Below are positions 36,622 through 46,312 of a stretch of 64,000 nt of DNA, one piece after another (positions within the stretch are counted from its first letter, which is position 1; every line of letters starts with the position of its first letter). The position numbers and the translations under genes were made by a program. Source of the stretch: a virus. The notes beneath the pieces are model-generated. The model was not told where the DNA came from. It was given only the letters and a program-made list of their open reading frames with translations, and ran no database searches. The DNA lies in the IMG/VR virus record IMGVR_UViG_3300025133_000042, positions 1 to 64,000 of that record; one strand, given 5' to 3'.

Positions 36622-37136
36622 TTTGTCTCCTTGCGAACTTCAATTGGCTCAAACCATACAACGATGTCTAAGCCTGATGTGTTATAATATGCACCCTTGT
36701 AGGGGGAGCCTTTCGGAAGTAGGCTCTCAGGTGGTGGGCCATATTTTGATTGTCTTGGCTTGTTGCCTAAACTTCTTAATATTCTATCATAATCTGGAGT
36801 GACTCTGTAGGGGGAAATAGACTTTTGTTTCAATTCCAGGGGATCTTCAGACAAATTATAAATCTGAGATGCAAGCACTTCAACAGAATACAAAGTTGCG
36901 CTCTGAGATACTTGATCTTCTGCTTGGTCTAAGTTGGTGTAAAAAAATATCCTTGGCATATCAGAAACATTATAGTCATTGCGAGAATAGGGTTGTCTTT
37001 TATCCAGAAAATACCCTGGGTCGAGAAAAAGACTTTCTTCGTCTGCGCCGGAAAAATGATACAAAGTCACGTTGCCAGATAAGCCGACAGACTCTACTAG
37101 GGTAAAATTCTTCCATTTTTTAAAAAGATCTTTCAT
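36618..37136 (-). CDS. hypothetical protein, possible ADP-ribosyltransferase-like fold
   Basis: WKNFTLVE leader; TLYHFS...RIFFYT...VVWFEP. Confidence 0.4.
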   Translation of the reverse strand: MKDLFKKWKNFTLVESVGLSGNVTLYHFSGADEESLFLDPGYFLDKRQPYSRNDYNVSDMPRIFFYTNLDQAEDQVSQSATLYSVEVLASQIYNLSEDPLELKQKSISPYRVTPDYDRILRSLGNKPRQSKYGPPPESLLPKGSPYKGAYYNTSGLDIVVWFEPIEVRKETK

Positions 37137-37149
37137 TCTAAATAAATAG

Positions 37150-37539
37150 TCACCCCTCGTAATGTTTCGCCTTTACATGTTCAGCAATGGGAATCGCCTC
37201 GCCATCGCCGTCGACTCTAACGAATTTAATGTTAGTCTGACAAACGACTCTCTCTGTCCCGTTATAGACGCTATATCTTCTAGCCTGTATACTGACAGTA
37301 CATGATGTTCTCCCAAAATTTACCAATTCGCCATAAATTTTAATAACTTGGCCGGGACGAACGGGCTTCAAAAATTCAACCTTGTCCATGGAAACCGTAA
37401 CCATCCTGGGCGTATCGGACAACTCGCTGGCAAAAGCCACGGCGGCCTCGTCGAGCCAAGCTAACATCAGGCCGCCGAATAAATTTCCGTGGTACCCACA
37501 GTCGCCCTCTTTGCACATATGTGTTGATATTAGTTTCAT
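37150..37539 (-). CDS. acyl-CoA thioesterase (hotdog fold)
   Basis: HGNLFGGLMLAWLDEAA, VEFLKPV, GRTS. Confidence 0.85.
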   Translation of the reverse strand: MKLISTHMCKEGDCGYHGNLFGGLMLAWLDEAAVAFASELSDTPRMVTVSMDKVEFLKPVRPGQVIKIYGELVNFGRTSCTVSIQARRYSVYNGTERVVCQTNIKFVRVDGDGEAIPIAEHVKAKHYEG

Positions 37540-37560
37540 AGTATTCACTCAAATATATAG

Positions 37561-37634
37561 CGCGCCCGGCAGGATTCGAACCTGCGGCCCTCGGCTTAGA
37601 AGGCCGATGCTCTATCCAGCTGAGCTACGGGCGC
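37561..37634 (-). tRNA. tRNA-Arg(UCU)
   Basis: cloverleaf; loop CTTCTAA; no encoded CCA. Confidence 0.9.
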
Positions 37635-37639
37635 AGAGA

Positions 37640-37714
37640 TGGAGCTGGCGGTCAGATTCGAACTGACAACATTCACGTTGGCAACGTGACACTCTGCCAT
37701 TGAGCTACGCCAGC
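37640..37714 (-). tRNA. tRNA-Gly(GCC)
   Basis: loop TTGCCAA; CCA. Confidence 0.9.
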
Positions 37715-37831
37715 AAATTATAGTCCAAATAGCACAAAAATTACAGTACCAATGGTCAAGCCAATCATAATCCTTGTAAAGAACTTATCGCTTTCTAGGT
37801 GATGCAAATTATTCATAACTTCTCCTTTTGT

Positions 37832-38089
37832 TTATTTAAAATCTGGTGTGGGGATGCACGTTTCAGGATCGATTGTGACCTGGCCTTCTTTGTGCGCGCT
37901 AACAAACCTCTCCGCTGCTTTCTTGTTGCGAAAATTAGTAAGGTACGTCATTCTTTCGGCTTCGCGAAGTAATACTTCGTAGCATCCATGGCGTGCATGA
38001 TTGATAATATAGTTACATACTTCTTTATTCTCTTTGAGTCTCTTAAAATTTCTAGGGTTCTTACGAAACTTTTTAGATCTGGTAGCCAT
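37832..38089 (-). CDS. basic hypothetical protein
   Basis: AGGAG RBS. Confidence 0.5.
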   Translation of the reverse strand: MATRSKKFRKNPRNFKRLKENKEVCNYIINHARHGCYEVLLREAERMTYLTNFRNKKAAERFVSAHKEGQVTIDPETCIPTPDFK

Positions 38090-38109
38090 ATTCTTCTCCT
38101 TTTCGTGAA

Positions 38110-38185
38110 TGGTGGGCTCTCTCGGATTCGAACCGAGGACTAACCGGTTATGAGCCGGCGACTCTAACCGCTGAGTTAAGAGCCC
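38110..38185 (-). tRNA. tRNA with CAU anticodon (probably Ile2)
   Basis: loop CTCATAA; lacks initiator features; CCA. Confidence 0.85.
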
Positions 38186-38189
38186 GGGC

Positions 38190-38242
38190 TGGCAGCCGAG
38201 GCGGGACTCGAACCCGCAAGCCCTAAGGGGCGACAGATTTTA
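38190..38242 (-). pseudogene. 3' half of a class II tRNA (Leu-like)
   Basis: TAAAATCTGT + variable arm + GCGGGTTCGAGTCCCGC + CCA; no 5' half. Confidence 0.7.
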
Positions 38243-38494
38243 CTTTGTAACAAACCACCCTCAACTTGTGGCCTTGAACTCAATATTATTGATATTCACT
38301 CTATCATTTATTTTCATTTCTTATATCCTCAGTATCAGTGTTGGGATCTTTATTCTTTTTAAATAAGTCCTCATTCGTTTCTGATTTACCCATCTTAAAG
38401 ACCATCGATATTACAACGAGCGTCCAAATATTTAAACATAAAAGAAAGCAGAGCCAAAACATCATTTTATAAAGTATAAGACATATAAGTTACT

Positions 38495-38580
38495 TGGTAG
38501 CCTCGGAGGGACTCGAACCCTCAAGTCCATTAGGACGTCAGATTTTAAGTCTGATGCGTATGCCATTCCGCCACAAGGCC
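38495..38580 (-). tRNA. tRNA-Leu(UAA)
   Basis: long variable arm; loop CTTAAAA; CCA. Confidence 0.9.
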
Positions 38581-38605
38581 AAAATGGGCGCAAAGCGCCC
38601 GCGGG

Positions 38606-38941
38606 CTAAGGAACAAATGGTGCAGGAATAAATGCAGCAGAAAAAGCATCCGCGCCGAAACGAGTGGGATCCTCGTCTAGCGGGGGCTCATCTTCTTCAT
38701 TAACATCTGCAAATTCTTCGACGTCAGGCAAAACAGCCGACGACGCGTCATCACTTAGCTGCTCCGAATCCAATGTAGAAACATCTTCTTCAGAGTCAAC
38801 ATCCAAGCCCAAAACTACAGCATCAGACTTGCCCACATTCGACACAATGTCAGGCGTGGGTTCTAGCACAACGACTTCGCTGGGGTCGCTGCAGCCAACC
38901 ATAACCAGCATCAATACCGGCATTAAAAATACATTCTTCAT
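38606..38941 (-). CDS. acidic lipoprotein
   Basis: MVGC lipobox. Confidence 0.55.
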   Translation of the reverse strand: MKNVFLMPVLMLVMVGCSDPSEVVVLEPTPDIVSNVGKSDAVVLGLDVDSEEDVSTLDSEQLSDDASSAVLPDVEEFADVNEEDEPPLDEDPTRFGADAFSAAFIPAPFVP

Positions 38942-38969
38942 TAACACTCCTTTTAAAGATAATAAAAAA

Positions 38970-39042
38970 CTGCGTAGACAGGACTCGAACCTGTGACCCG
39001 GCGGCTAACAGCCGCCTGCTCTACCAACTGAGCTACTGCGCA
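38970..39042 (-). tRNA. tRNA-Asn(GUU)
   Basis: loop CTGTTAG. Confidence 0.85.
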
Positions 39043-39175
39043 CTAACAGTTGAATTCTTCTTTAAGAAGAAGAAGAACCTCTTCCAGTTCTTCAAATATT
39101 TCTTCCTCGTCGTACCCTTGATCTAAAAGGGCAACGATCTCTGGCTTGAGTATGCTCTGCAGCTCTTCTTGCAAA

Positions 39176-39367
39176 CTAAGTGACATCTTCTGGCGCCTCT
39201 TGTTCATTCTGCAGTAGCATGCGCAACTTATCTCTAATTTGATCGACCATGCCAATCCTGCTATCTGGCGTGCCAGTATTGTAGTCGATCGCCTTTTTCA
39301 ACATATATAAGTCTTTAAGCACCTCGTTGATCACGTCCTCTTCCTTGTTCGGGACATAAACTCTCAT
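39176..39367 (-). CDS. hypothetical protein
   Basis: AGGAGG RBS. Confidence 0.5.
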   Translation of the reverse strand: MRVYVPNKEEDVINEVLKDLYMLKKAIDYNTGTPDSRIGMVDQIRDKLRMLLQNEQEAPEDVT

Positions 39368-39531
39368 TACTTCTTCCTCCTAGAGCTGAATAATAATGAC
39401 TCTTTCTTCCTCTTCTGGATCCCCCCAAGTTTCCCAGCCTTTTTTCTTGTCTGGGTTTAATTTTTCAGGATCTTCCAAGGGTATATAGTCTGGTACGGGT
39501 ATTTCCAGCCATGGCCGTTGGTCTTGGCCGC

Positions 39532-39714
39532 TCAACGGCCTTGACCCCTGTATGGCTTGCGTCGTCGCCTGGCCTTGGATGGCCGAGTGCCGGCGCGCTT
39601 TCCTTCGTGAAAGGTCTCTCCGCCAGCAGCTGGCTTCTTGCTGTAAAGCCCATTACCCACGGTGGTCTTCTTCTTCGGAGAAGACCAAACATAATCTGTA
39701 TTTTTCTTAGCCAT
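39532..39714 (-). CDS. small basic protein
   Basis: C-terminal KPYRGQGR. Confidence 0.55.
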   Translation of the reverse strand: MAKKNTDYVWSSPKKKTTVGNGLYSKKPAAGGETFHEGKRAGTRPSKARRRRKPYRGQGR

Positions 39715-40153
39715 CAAATAACTCCTTGTCTACGGCTCGATCAAACATCGTAACTCCATTCAAATGATCTATTTCGTGTTGCACACATACGCACTCCAGC
39801 GCATCGTCCTTAAACGAAAAGAATAATTGATTTTTATGATTATCAGAAGCGACGACGATGTCTGTCCATCGTTCAGTTAGAACATAGTCACCTTTAAAAG
39901 AAAGACAACCTTCTTGAAAGAAACTTTTACCAAACTTGCCTACGATCTTTGGATTGATTAAAATTGTAGGCTTTCGAACTCTAATAACACATACAGCATA
40001 GTCAATGCCAACTTGGTTGGCGGCTAGGCCGGCGCCGTCGGGCTGGTCAGATAAGATCTCCAATAATCGATTTCCGATCTCCAGGCCGACGGGAACACTG
40101 GCGCAAGGCTTGCATGGTCTGCTAAGCTGTTTTATGTCGGTAACGAAATCCAC
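39707..40153 (-). CDS. def: peptide deformylase
   Basis: GAGLAANQVG, EGCLS, QHEIDHLNG. Confidence 0.95.
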   Translation of the reverse strand: MDFVTDIKQLSRPCKPCASVPVGLEIGNRLLEILSDQPDGAGLAANQVGIDYAVCVIRVRKPTILINPKIVGKFGKSFFQEGCLSFKGDYVLTERWTDIVVASDNHKNQLFFSFKDDALECVCVQHEIDHLNGVTMFDRAVDKELFDG

Positions 40154-40205
40154 AAGCTCCTCCGTCTTATATAAATATGTCGACGGAGGAGCAACGGCAA
40201 GTCAA

Positions 40206-40634
40206 TCACTTGATGCTGACGTTAATTGCCTGGGTCTCCGGGCGCTGTGGAACAACAAGACGCAGCAGGCCATTTTCAAAATCGGCTGTGGCGGCGTTGA
40301 GATCCAAGTTGCTGTCATAATTGACATATGTCTTGGAAAAGTTCCGGCGGGCGACTCGTCGGCCGCGTTCTTCAGCGGTGATGTTCTCAGAGTTTGCCGA
40401 GACCGTGATCGACTTCTTCTCTGGTTTGATTTCAATTGAAAGGTCTTCTTTTCGAAAGCCAGCCAAAGCGAACTCCATCACAGTATCGCCATTGTCTTCT
40501 CGATAAATATCGGCCACGGGGTACCCCTGTGTTGTCTTTTGCATCAACTGTGGGAAATCCAACATGGTGTCAAAGATATCGTTAAAAACGCCTCGACCCA
40601 AGACACTTGGGCGGTAAGTAGTTAAAGTAGTCAT
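40206..40634 (-). CDS. small heat-shock protein Hsp20
   Basis: YPVADI, FALAGF, ARRNF, FENGLL. Confidence 0.92.
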   Translation of the reverse strand: MTTLTTYRPSVLGRGVFNDIFDTMLDFPQLMQKTTQGYPVADIYREDNGDTVMEFALAGFRKEDLSIEIKPEKKSITVSANSENITAEERGRRVARRNFSKTYVNYDSNLDLNAATADFENGLLRLVVPQRPETQAINVSIK

Positions 40635-40692
40635 AACAATTTTCTCCTATTATAGCAAGTTATGTTTTGGCGACCTCGATGAGCGTCGCCAA
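40632..40692 (-). promoter_or_regulatory. ROSE-like RNA thermometer in the hsp20 5'UTR
   Basis: CATAAC-TTGCT-ATAAT-AGGAG-...-GTTATG hairpin; upstream TTGGCGAC/GTCGCCAA hairpin. Confidence 0.7.
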
Positions 40693-40696
40693 GGAA

Positions 40697-40724
40697 ATAA
40701 TACGCACCCCTCTTCGAGAGTCAA
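40697..40724 (-). promoter_or_regulatory. sigma70 promoter TTGAC-N17-TATTAT
   Basis: direct reading; similar promoters at 44144-44171 (groEL), 53501-53528 (dnaE), 56407-56434, 59677-59704. Confidence 0.7.
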
Positions 40725-40727
40725 GTG

Positions 40728-41075
40728 TTATTTCCAAAAAAATTGTATATACATTATTAAGCATGCAAGAAAAAAGCACACTAATGTCTTGGCAGTGAAC
40801 ATGCTTTCGTTTAAATAATACCACGTCATCACAGGGAAAACAGCGTATGACGCTCCAAAGCCAAGAAACCTAGTGTACCATAACTCGCCTGATTCAGCCA
40901 TTAATAATCTTGTGCCATAAGCAAAACAAATTCCAGTCGGTGTTGCCAACAGTGCAACTGAAAATAATAAATTATTTCTTGGCCAAGGCCAGACAAACTG
41001 AGAATTGACTTGATACCAAGCCAATACATGGCCCAGCGAATAAAGCACCAAGGCTAGAAATATTCTTTGGCTCAT
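40728..41075 (-). CDS. four-TM membrane protein (DMT/SMR-like)
   Basis: four hydrophobic helices; YYLNESM. Confidence 0.55.
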   Translation of the reverse strand: MSQRIFLALVLYSLGHVLAWYQVNSQFVWPWPRNNLLFSVALLATPTGICFAYGTRLLMAESGELWYTRFLGFGASYAVFPVMTWYYLNESMFTAKTLVCFFLACLIMYIQFFWK

Positions 41076-41438
41076 TTAATTTAATTTTGCTGATATCGAT
41101 AGATTGCGCAATTGACTTTCGCAATATACCTGAGAAAGCGCTATTGTCTCTAAAAGATACATATCTTCTTCTACTATCATGATTTTTTCAGGATTATCTT
41201 CCACGAAAACTGGCTCTTCCATGGCCTCGTCGGCGAGGGCCATCATTTGGCAAGAAAGAGTCAGCCCTTGGCACAACAAAGAAAGAACGGGCATGGACTG
41301 AAGTCGTGGATCCTTAGCCAAATAACCTTCTATAAGATCCGCATATATCGCAGCCTTTTCTTCAGATTCCATTGCAAAATCTTCCAAAGATGACAACTGC
41401 ATTGCATATGCCATTTTAGGCTTGCCTTCTTTACTCAT
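41076..41438 (-). CDS. hypothetical protein
   Basis: ORF in operon. Confidence 0.5.
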   Translation of the reverse strand: MSKEGKPKMAYAMQLSSLEDFAMESEEKAAIYADLIEGYLAKDPRLQSMPVLSLLCQGLTLSCQMMALADEAMEEPVFVEDNPEKIMIVEEDMYLLETIALSQVYCESQLRNLSISAKLN

Positions 41439-41697
41439 CGGACAACATATTTTTTAAATCTGTATATCCGCCTATGAACTTAGTCGTATCGATAGGGTTA
41501 TCGCTGTCACACTGGAAGACCATTGGCACTGTCTCGTGGGACCAAGCAGACTTCATCTCCTTCAAAACTCCAGGTGAATCGTCAAGCGAGATAGTATAGA
41601 ACTCCTTTTCATAAATAGAAAGGAGTTCTCTTGCCTTAATACAAAAAGGGCATTTTTCTTTTATATAGAGAATGTATTTTTTATCTTGCTCTTCCAT
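41431..41697 (-). CDS. glutaredoxin
   Basis: CPFC, TVP, IGGYTDL. Confidence 0.9.
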   Translation of the reverse strand: MEEQDKKYILYIKEKCPFCIKARELLSIYEKEFYTISLDDSPGVLKEMKSAWSHETVPMVFQCDSDNPIDTTKFIGGYTDLKNMLSDE

Positions 41698-41698
41698 G

Positions 41699-42010
41699 CT
41701 ACTTCTCTTGTAGCCTCCTAGCAACCTGCTCAGTGGTGGCCACGATTGTCATGCTTGTCGACGGGCCGTGCTTAAAAAACACTCTTGTGTAGGACGCGTC
41801 CTTATTTAAATCTAGTTGGGAGCAAATATTTTCTCTGTTTGTTTCTGCCTTCTCGTCAATACAAAAATGACTAATATTTGTTGAATCTACAAAAACTTCG
41901 CGAAGGGTCCAGCCATAAATTAGTTTGCCCTTTTGTCCAGTGTTGGAATTGACCACATTTGGATCATAGTACCCTGAATCCTCTTTAATTTCAATAAACT
42001 TAACAATCAT
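41699..42010 (-). CDS. hypothetical protein
   Basis: ORF in operon. Confidence 0.5.
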   Translation of the reverse strand: MIVKFIEIKEDSGYYDPNVVNSNTGQKGKLIYGWTLREVFVDSTNISHFCIDEKAETNRENICSQLDLNKDASYTRVFFKHGPSTSMTIVATTEQVARRLQEK

Positions 42011-42013
42011 TTT

Positions 42014-42238
42014 CTAAAACTCCTTTTTAATATATTTGTTCATTACCCACGCGTGGGCGCCATTATAGATAATGGTAGTCACGCCGGATTCCATCCACGC
42101 TCTCGCAGGGCCTTCTCTCTGCTCGCAAACAACATAGTATCCCGGCTTATCGGGGTAAAGCACTTCCCAGCTTAAACCATCGTTACTAAGGATGGGGGCG
42201 TTCGACGGAACGTACACCAAATCACCGGGTTTGCTCAT
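42014..42238 (-). CDS. KOW/SH3-like protein
   Basis: MSKPGDLVYVP; AGGAGG RBS. Confidence 0.5.
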   Translation of the reverse strand: MSKPGDLVYVPSNAPILSNDGLSWEVLYPDKPGYYVVCEQREGPARAWMESGVTTIIYNGAHAWVMNKYIKKEF

Positions 42239-42557
42239 CTTCGGCCTCCTGCGAGGGCGCCTGCAGGTCATCAGCAGGGGCGCCTTGTTGGGCTTCAGAC
42301 GCGTGCTGATAGAGCTTGTCAATCACGCTGGAGATTTGTTCCATGGACTGATCAACGGCATACAGTTCTCTTCTTAGAGCGTGGATATTGTCTTTTATGT
42401 TGAGCAGGTTCACTACGCGTAGTTGAAAGCAGTTTGATAAGTTATTCGAAGACTCTAGAGCTGCGGACAACATCTTCAGCGCATGATCTACTTGCTCTCC
42501 AATATCCTCTCTTATCTCGTCATATGTATATTCTTTTGTTAATTTCATAATTTCCAT
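42222..42557 (-). CDS. coiled-coil hypothetical protein
   Basis: ORF in operon. Confidence 0.5.
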   Translation of the reverse strand: MEIMKLTKEYTYDEIREDIGEQVDHALKMLSAALESSNNLSNCFQLRVVNLLNIKDNIHALRRELYAVDQSMEQISSVIDKLYQHASEAQQGAPADDLQAPSQEAEDEQTR

Positions 42558-42560
42558 TTA

Positions 42561-44126
42561 TTATTCCTCTATCACTGCAGCTGCAGTAGTTATCAGAGTC
42601 GAAGAAACGCTAACAGCGTTAGCCAAAGCATTTCTTGTCACCTTCACAGGATCAATGATTCCAGCATCATACATGTTAACTAGGTCGTTTCTAGCGAAAT
42701 CCCACCCAACGTCTAAGTCTGTAGAATCAAGCTTGTTGAGGATGACCTCGTAGCTAAGATTTGCATTATTTGACATCTGCTTAAGAGGCGCGATGAGGCC
42801 ATTTCTGACGATTAAAGCGCCCGTCAGGCGGTCACCGGACAGATCGTCTGTGGCAAAGTGCCGGCAGCGCAAGAGCGCGACGCCTCCGCCGGGGACGACG
42901 CCTTCTTCCTGCGCGGCTGTGACGGCTTCGAGAGCGTCCTCAATCCTATGTTTTTTCTCTACCATTTCAACATCTGTTGAAGCGCCGACTTTAATAACAG
43001 CGACTCCAGAAGCTAATCTGGTGATTCTTTGTTGCGTCCTTTCACACTCAACAATATCGTCAATCTGTCTAACCAGCTCTTTGAGCATTTCAATTCTTTC
43101 TTGAATCACGTCGTTGTTGCCCAAGCCGCCGACAAAAGTAGTTTTGTTCTTTAGAATTTCAACGCTCTTACATGTTCCCAGGTCAGACATTTGCACATCT
43201 GCCAAGAGTTTGTCTTTCTTCGCGGAGACAAAAGTAGCGCCAATAGACAGTGCCAAGTCTTCCAAGGCTTCAGTTCTCTGCTCTCCGTAGCCGGGAGCTT
43301 TTACTGCAGCGACACGCATGGAGCCACGGACGGTATTCATGATAAGCGCTGCGAGAGCCTGGCCCTCAATTTGCTCGGCAACAACAACGAAGGGCCGGCC
43401 GTCGCGGGCGGCTAATTCCAGCACTGGGAGGATTTGAGCCACTTGGTCTATCTTATGATCTGTGACCAGGACCAAGCACTCGTCGTACTCAACGGCCGCT
43501 CGTCGTTGGTTTGTAATAAAAGAAGTAGAAAAGTATCCAGAATCAAACTGAAATCCCTCGATAACATCAAGGGAGGTGTCAAGCGATTTGGCTTCTTCAA
43601 CTGCGATGGCTCCGTTGTTACCAACCATCTCTACAGCCTCGGCAATGAGCCGGCCAATAGTTTCGTCGCCATTTGCTGAAATAGTCGCGACGCTCTCAAT
43701 CTCCTCCAGAGACTCAACATGCCGGGCCATTCCTTTGAGTTCTTCGAGGACGCGGCGTAGAGCCATATCCATGCCGCGCTTAAGTTCGACAGTACTCGCG
43801 CCCGCAAGAATATATTTCTGTGCTTCGTTGAGAAGCTCGCGGGCCAGGACGGTCGAAGTAGTAGTGCCGTCTCCAGCATTGGTGTTTGTCTGTGACGAAG
43901 CCTGCTTTAAAATCTGTGCTCCAGTATTTTCAATCGGGTCATCCAAATCGACAAACCTAGAGACTGTCACACCATCTTTGGTAATAATGGGCATGCCATC
44001 TTTTTGTTTTAAAATGACGTTGTTCCCGCGAGGACCCAGCGTGCACGCAACCAAATCAGCCAGCTTATTCGCGCCGGCTAATACTCTAGAATTAAGCTCC
44101 TGGCCGGAGCTACATATCTTTGACAT
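42561..44126 (-). CDS. groEL: chaperonin GroEL
   Basis: TLGPRG, ITKDGVTV, AGDGTTT, KAPGYG, GVVPGGG, IIDPVKV. Confidence 0.97.
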   Translation of the reverse strand: MSKICSSGQELNSRVLAGANKLADLVACTLGPRGNNVILKQKDGMPIITKDGVTVSRFVDLDDPIENTGAQILKQASSQTNTNAGDGTTTSTVLARELLNEAQKYILAGASTVELKRGMDMALRRVLEELKGMARHVESLEEIESVATISANGDETIGRLIAEAVEMVGNNGAIAVEEAKSLDTSLDVIEGFQFDSGYFSTSFITNQRRAAVEYDECLVLVTDHKIDQVAQILPVLELAARDGRPFVVVAEQIEGQALAALIMNTVRGSMRVAAVKAPGYGEQRTEALEDLALSIGATFVSAKKDKLLADVQMSDLGTCKSVEILKNKTTFVGGLGNNDVIQERIEMLKELVRQIDDIVECERTQQRITRLASGVAVIKVGASTDVEMVEKKHRIEDALEAVTAAQEEGVVPGGGVALLRCRHFATDDLSGDRLTGALIVRNGLIAPLKQMSNNANLSYEVILNKLDSTDLDVGWDFARNDLVNMYDAGIIDPVKVTRNALANAVSVSSTLITTAAAVIEE

Positions 44127-44179
44127 AGAAACCTCTCTAATATAGAATAATCACATTATATATCAAGTCAATACTATAT

Positions 44180-45604
44180 TTAACTTTGATCCGAATATCT
44201 TGGATCTTTTTCGAGCACGTCAGTAATCTTTTCACTACTCTCTAGAGCTGTGACTGCTGATGCTTGTGCCTTTGCTCTTCGCTTTTCTCTGTAATAAGAT
44301 CCAATATTATCAGCTAAGTTTTTTGTTTCAGTCAACAAAGTCATGACGTCGCCTTTGAGCTTTTCGGTATAGATTTCAGCTAGTTGGTCAATTCTATCTT
44401 GTGAGAGTTCAAGCGATCCGAAAGTGTGAAGGCCAATTTCAGCATGCAAGTCTTTAATCTGCTTCCACGTGGCTTTCCACTGCGTCCCGGCGTCTTTGCC
44501 TTCTACTAAAAGCTCTTCTTTCATGAGTCTTTTTTCTCTGGCGTGGAAACTCTCTGCCATTTCGTTCTCGCGGTCCATAAACGCCGCCATGTCTCTCTCG
44601 CCTCCCGCTTTTTTCCTATCGAGTTCCGTGCGCTTCTTGAGGGCTTTCTTTTCCGCTGCAGCGATTTCTTCCGGGGTCCTAAACTGCTCAGCTTCTTTTG
44701 GGTTGTAGCCGCCAGCTTTCAAGAAAGCAGGAATCATTCCTCTTCCATAGCCAGGAGTCTGCATTATGGCGGCACCTGCTCGCATTCTATTTTCTTTAGA
44801 ACCGTCAGCGGCCATGGCAGCAAAAGAGTTTTCAAGCTCTGTAGTGCGCATGCGACCTAGCAGCCCTTCACCACCGCCGACGCCTTCAATAAACGTCAAA
44901 AAGTTAGATCTATTGATTTCAAACTCCCAAAGCTGAAGCTGGTCTACGTTCTCACTTGGAGTGTACTTGAATGCAATTAGATACTTAATCATTGGTTCGC
45001 CGCGAACAATAAGATAATCGACTAAGTTTGTATAGCTTCCTTTGGTAACTCCCTGAAGGGTTAGCAGCTTCAGACTAACCGGAACTCCGCCACCGTAGTC
45101 CGAGAAGGCGACAAAATCTTCGATTGGAAGAGTGCCGCCGACCTTGCCAGCTATTTGCTTGCCACCTGTTAAGGCGGCCATGAAGCCCTCAAACACAAAG
45201 CCTGCGGCAGACTCGTTAAAATCGTTTAATGTTGCCTGCAGGGCCTCGATGACCAACATCATGTTAATGATCACGCCAGGAGATCGTTTTCTGGCTGCGG
45301 CCTTAGGGTCGAGAAACTTATTAAGGTCTAGTAGCTTCGCCTTGATGTCTCTACCACCACGAACAACAGAAAATATTTTCATTATCTGTTCTCTATCTTG
45401 AGAGTTGGGATCTCCCCAGGCCTCAGAAGGAGTCCAGGAAGGAAGATCAACGTGCATACTGAATCGTCCGCCAGTGGATTCTTTGGCCTCTGTTAATAAG
45501 CCAGCGCCCGACAGCTCGGCTTCAACCAGCTTAGCCAAGTCATTTAAATTAAACTTCTCTGCATAAAAATCTTCAACGTACTTTTCCATGATGTAACTCC
45601 TCAA
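44180..45604 (-). CDS. large hypothetical protein (probable virion protein; possible PD-(D/E)xK-like core)
   Basis: LLTE/LLVE sites; FE...IED...SLK. Confidence 0.5.
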   Translation of the reverse strand: MRSYIMEKYVEDFYAEKFNLNDLAKLVEAELSGAGLLTEAKESTGGRFSMHVDLPSWTPSEAWGDPNSQDREQIMKIFSVVRGGRDIKAKLLDLNKFLDPKAAARKRSPGVIINMMLVIEALQATLNDFNESAAGFVFEGFMAALTGGKQIAGKVGGTLPIEDFVAFSDYGGGVPVSLKLLTLQGVTKGSYTNLVDYLIVRGEPMIKYLIAFKYTPSENVDQLQLWEFEINRSNFLTFIEGVGGGEGLLGRMRTTELENSFAAMAADGSKENRMRAGAAIMQTPGYGRGMIPAFLKAGGYNPKEAEQFRTPEEIAAAEKKALKKRTELDRKKAGGERDMAAFMDRENEMAESFHAREKRLMKEELLVEGKDAGTQWKATWKQIKDLHAEIGLHTFGSLELSQDRIDQLAEIYTEKLKGDVMTLLTETKNLADNIGSYYREKRRAKAQASAVTALESSEKITDVLEKDPRYSDQS

Positions 45605-45631
45605 CTTATAAATAGATTCAAGCTGCTAGAA

Positions 45632-46312
45632 TCAGACGATAATATCTGCGATTCCCAAATCAACTGCTTGCTGGGCGTCGAGATATACATTTGTCTTCTT
45701 GGCCATCAACTTTTTGATGTAGGCAGGAGTCATGTCTGTCTCGGCGGCGAGGGCGAGGGCATATTGTTTCTGTGTGAACTTCGTCTCAGCAAACTCGTTC
45801 TCCATATCAGCAATATGCCCGCTGTGGCCTGAGTTGACTCCATGAATCATGACGCGGCAATGCTTGCCAATCTTCCTCTGTCCTTTCGTGCCTGCAGCAA
45901 GAAGAAGCACGCCGGCGGACATGACCTTGCCAATGCCACAAGTAACGACTGGGATTGTTTCTCTCACGTATCTTATCACGTCGTATACTGAAAACATCTC
46001 CGAGGCTTGTCCGCCATAGGTACTAACATAAAACTCAATGGGGCCAGGCTCTTCTTCAGCTGGGTCTTGCATGATGTCCTTCTGAAAGAGGAGGAGGCTA
46101 AAAACAGCTTCCTGGGCCTTGATTTCGTTGACATCTCCATAAATACCCGTCATATGCACTGGCCTCGGAGCCGCGGCTAGCATATCCATGATCATGCCCT
46201 TGTCTTCTTCGGGTGGATTTTCAGCGGTATCCGGGACGTGCGGGCCAGGGTCCGAGTCCGAGTCCGAGTCCTTGGTGCCTCGACGGCTGGGCTTGGTTGT
46301 CTTGGTAATCAT
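45632..46312 (-). CDS. clpP: ClpP-like protease
   Basis: STYGG, GKVMSAGVLLL, RVMIHG, AVDLGIAD. Confidence 0.9.
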   Translation of the reverse strand: MITKTTKPSRRGTKDSDSDSDPGPHVPDTAENPPEEDKGMIMDMLAAAPRPVHMTGIYGDVNEIKAQEAVFSLLLFQKDIMQDPAEEEPGPIEFYVSTYGGQASEMFSVYDVIRYVRETIPVVTCGIGKVMSAGVLLLAAGTKGQRKIGKHCRVMIHGVNSGHSGHIADMENEFAETKFTQKQYALALAAETDMTPAYIKKLMAKKTNVYLDAQQAVDLGIADIIV

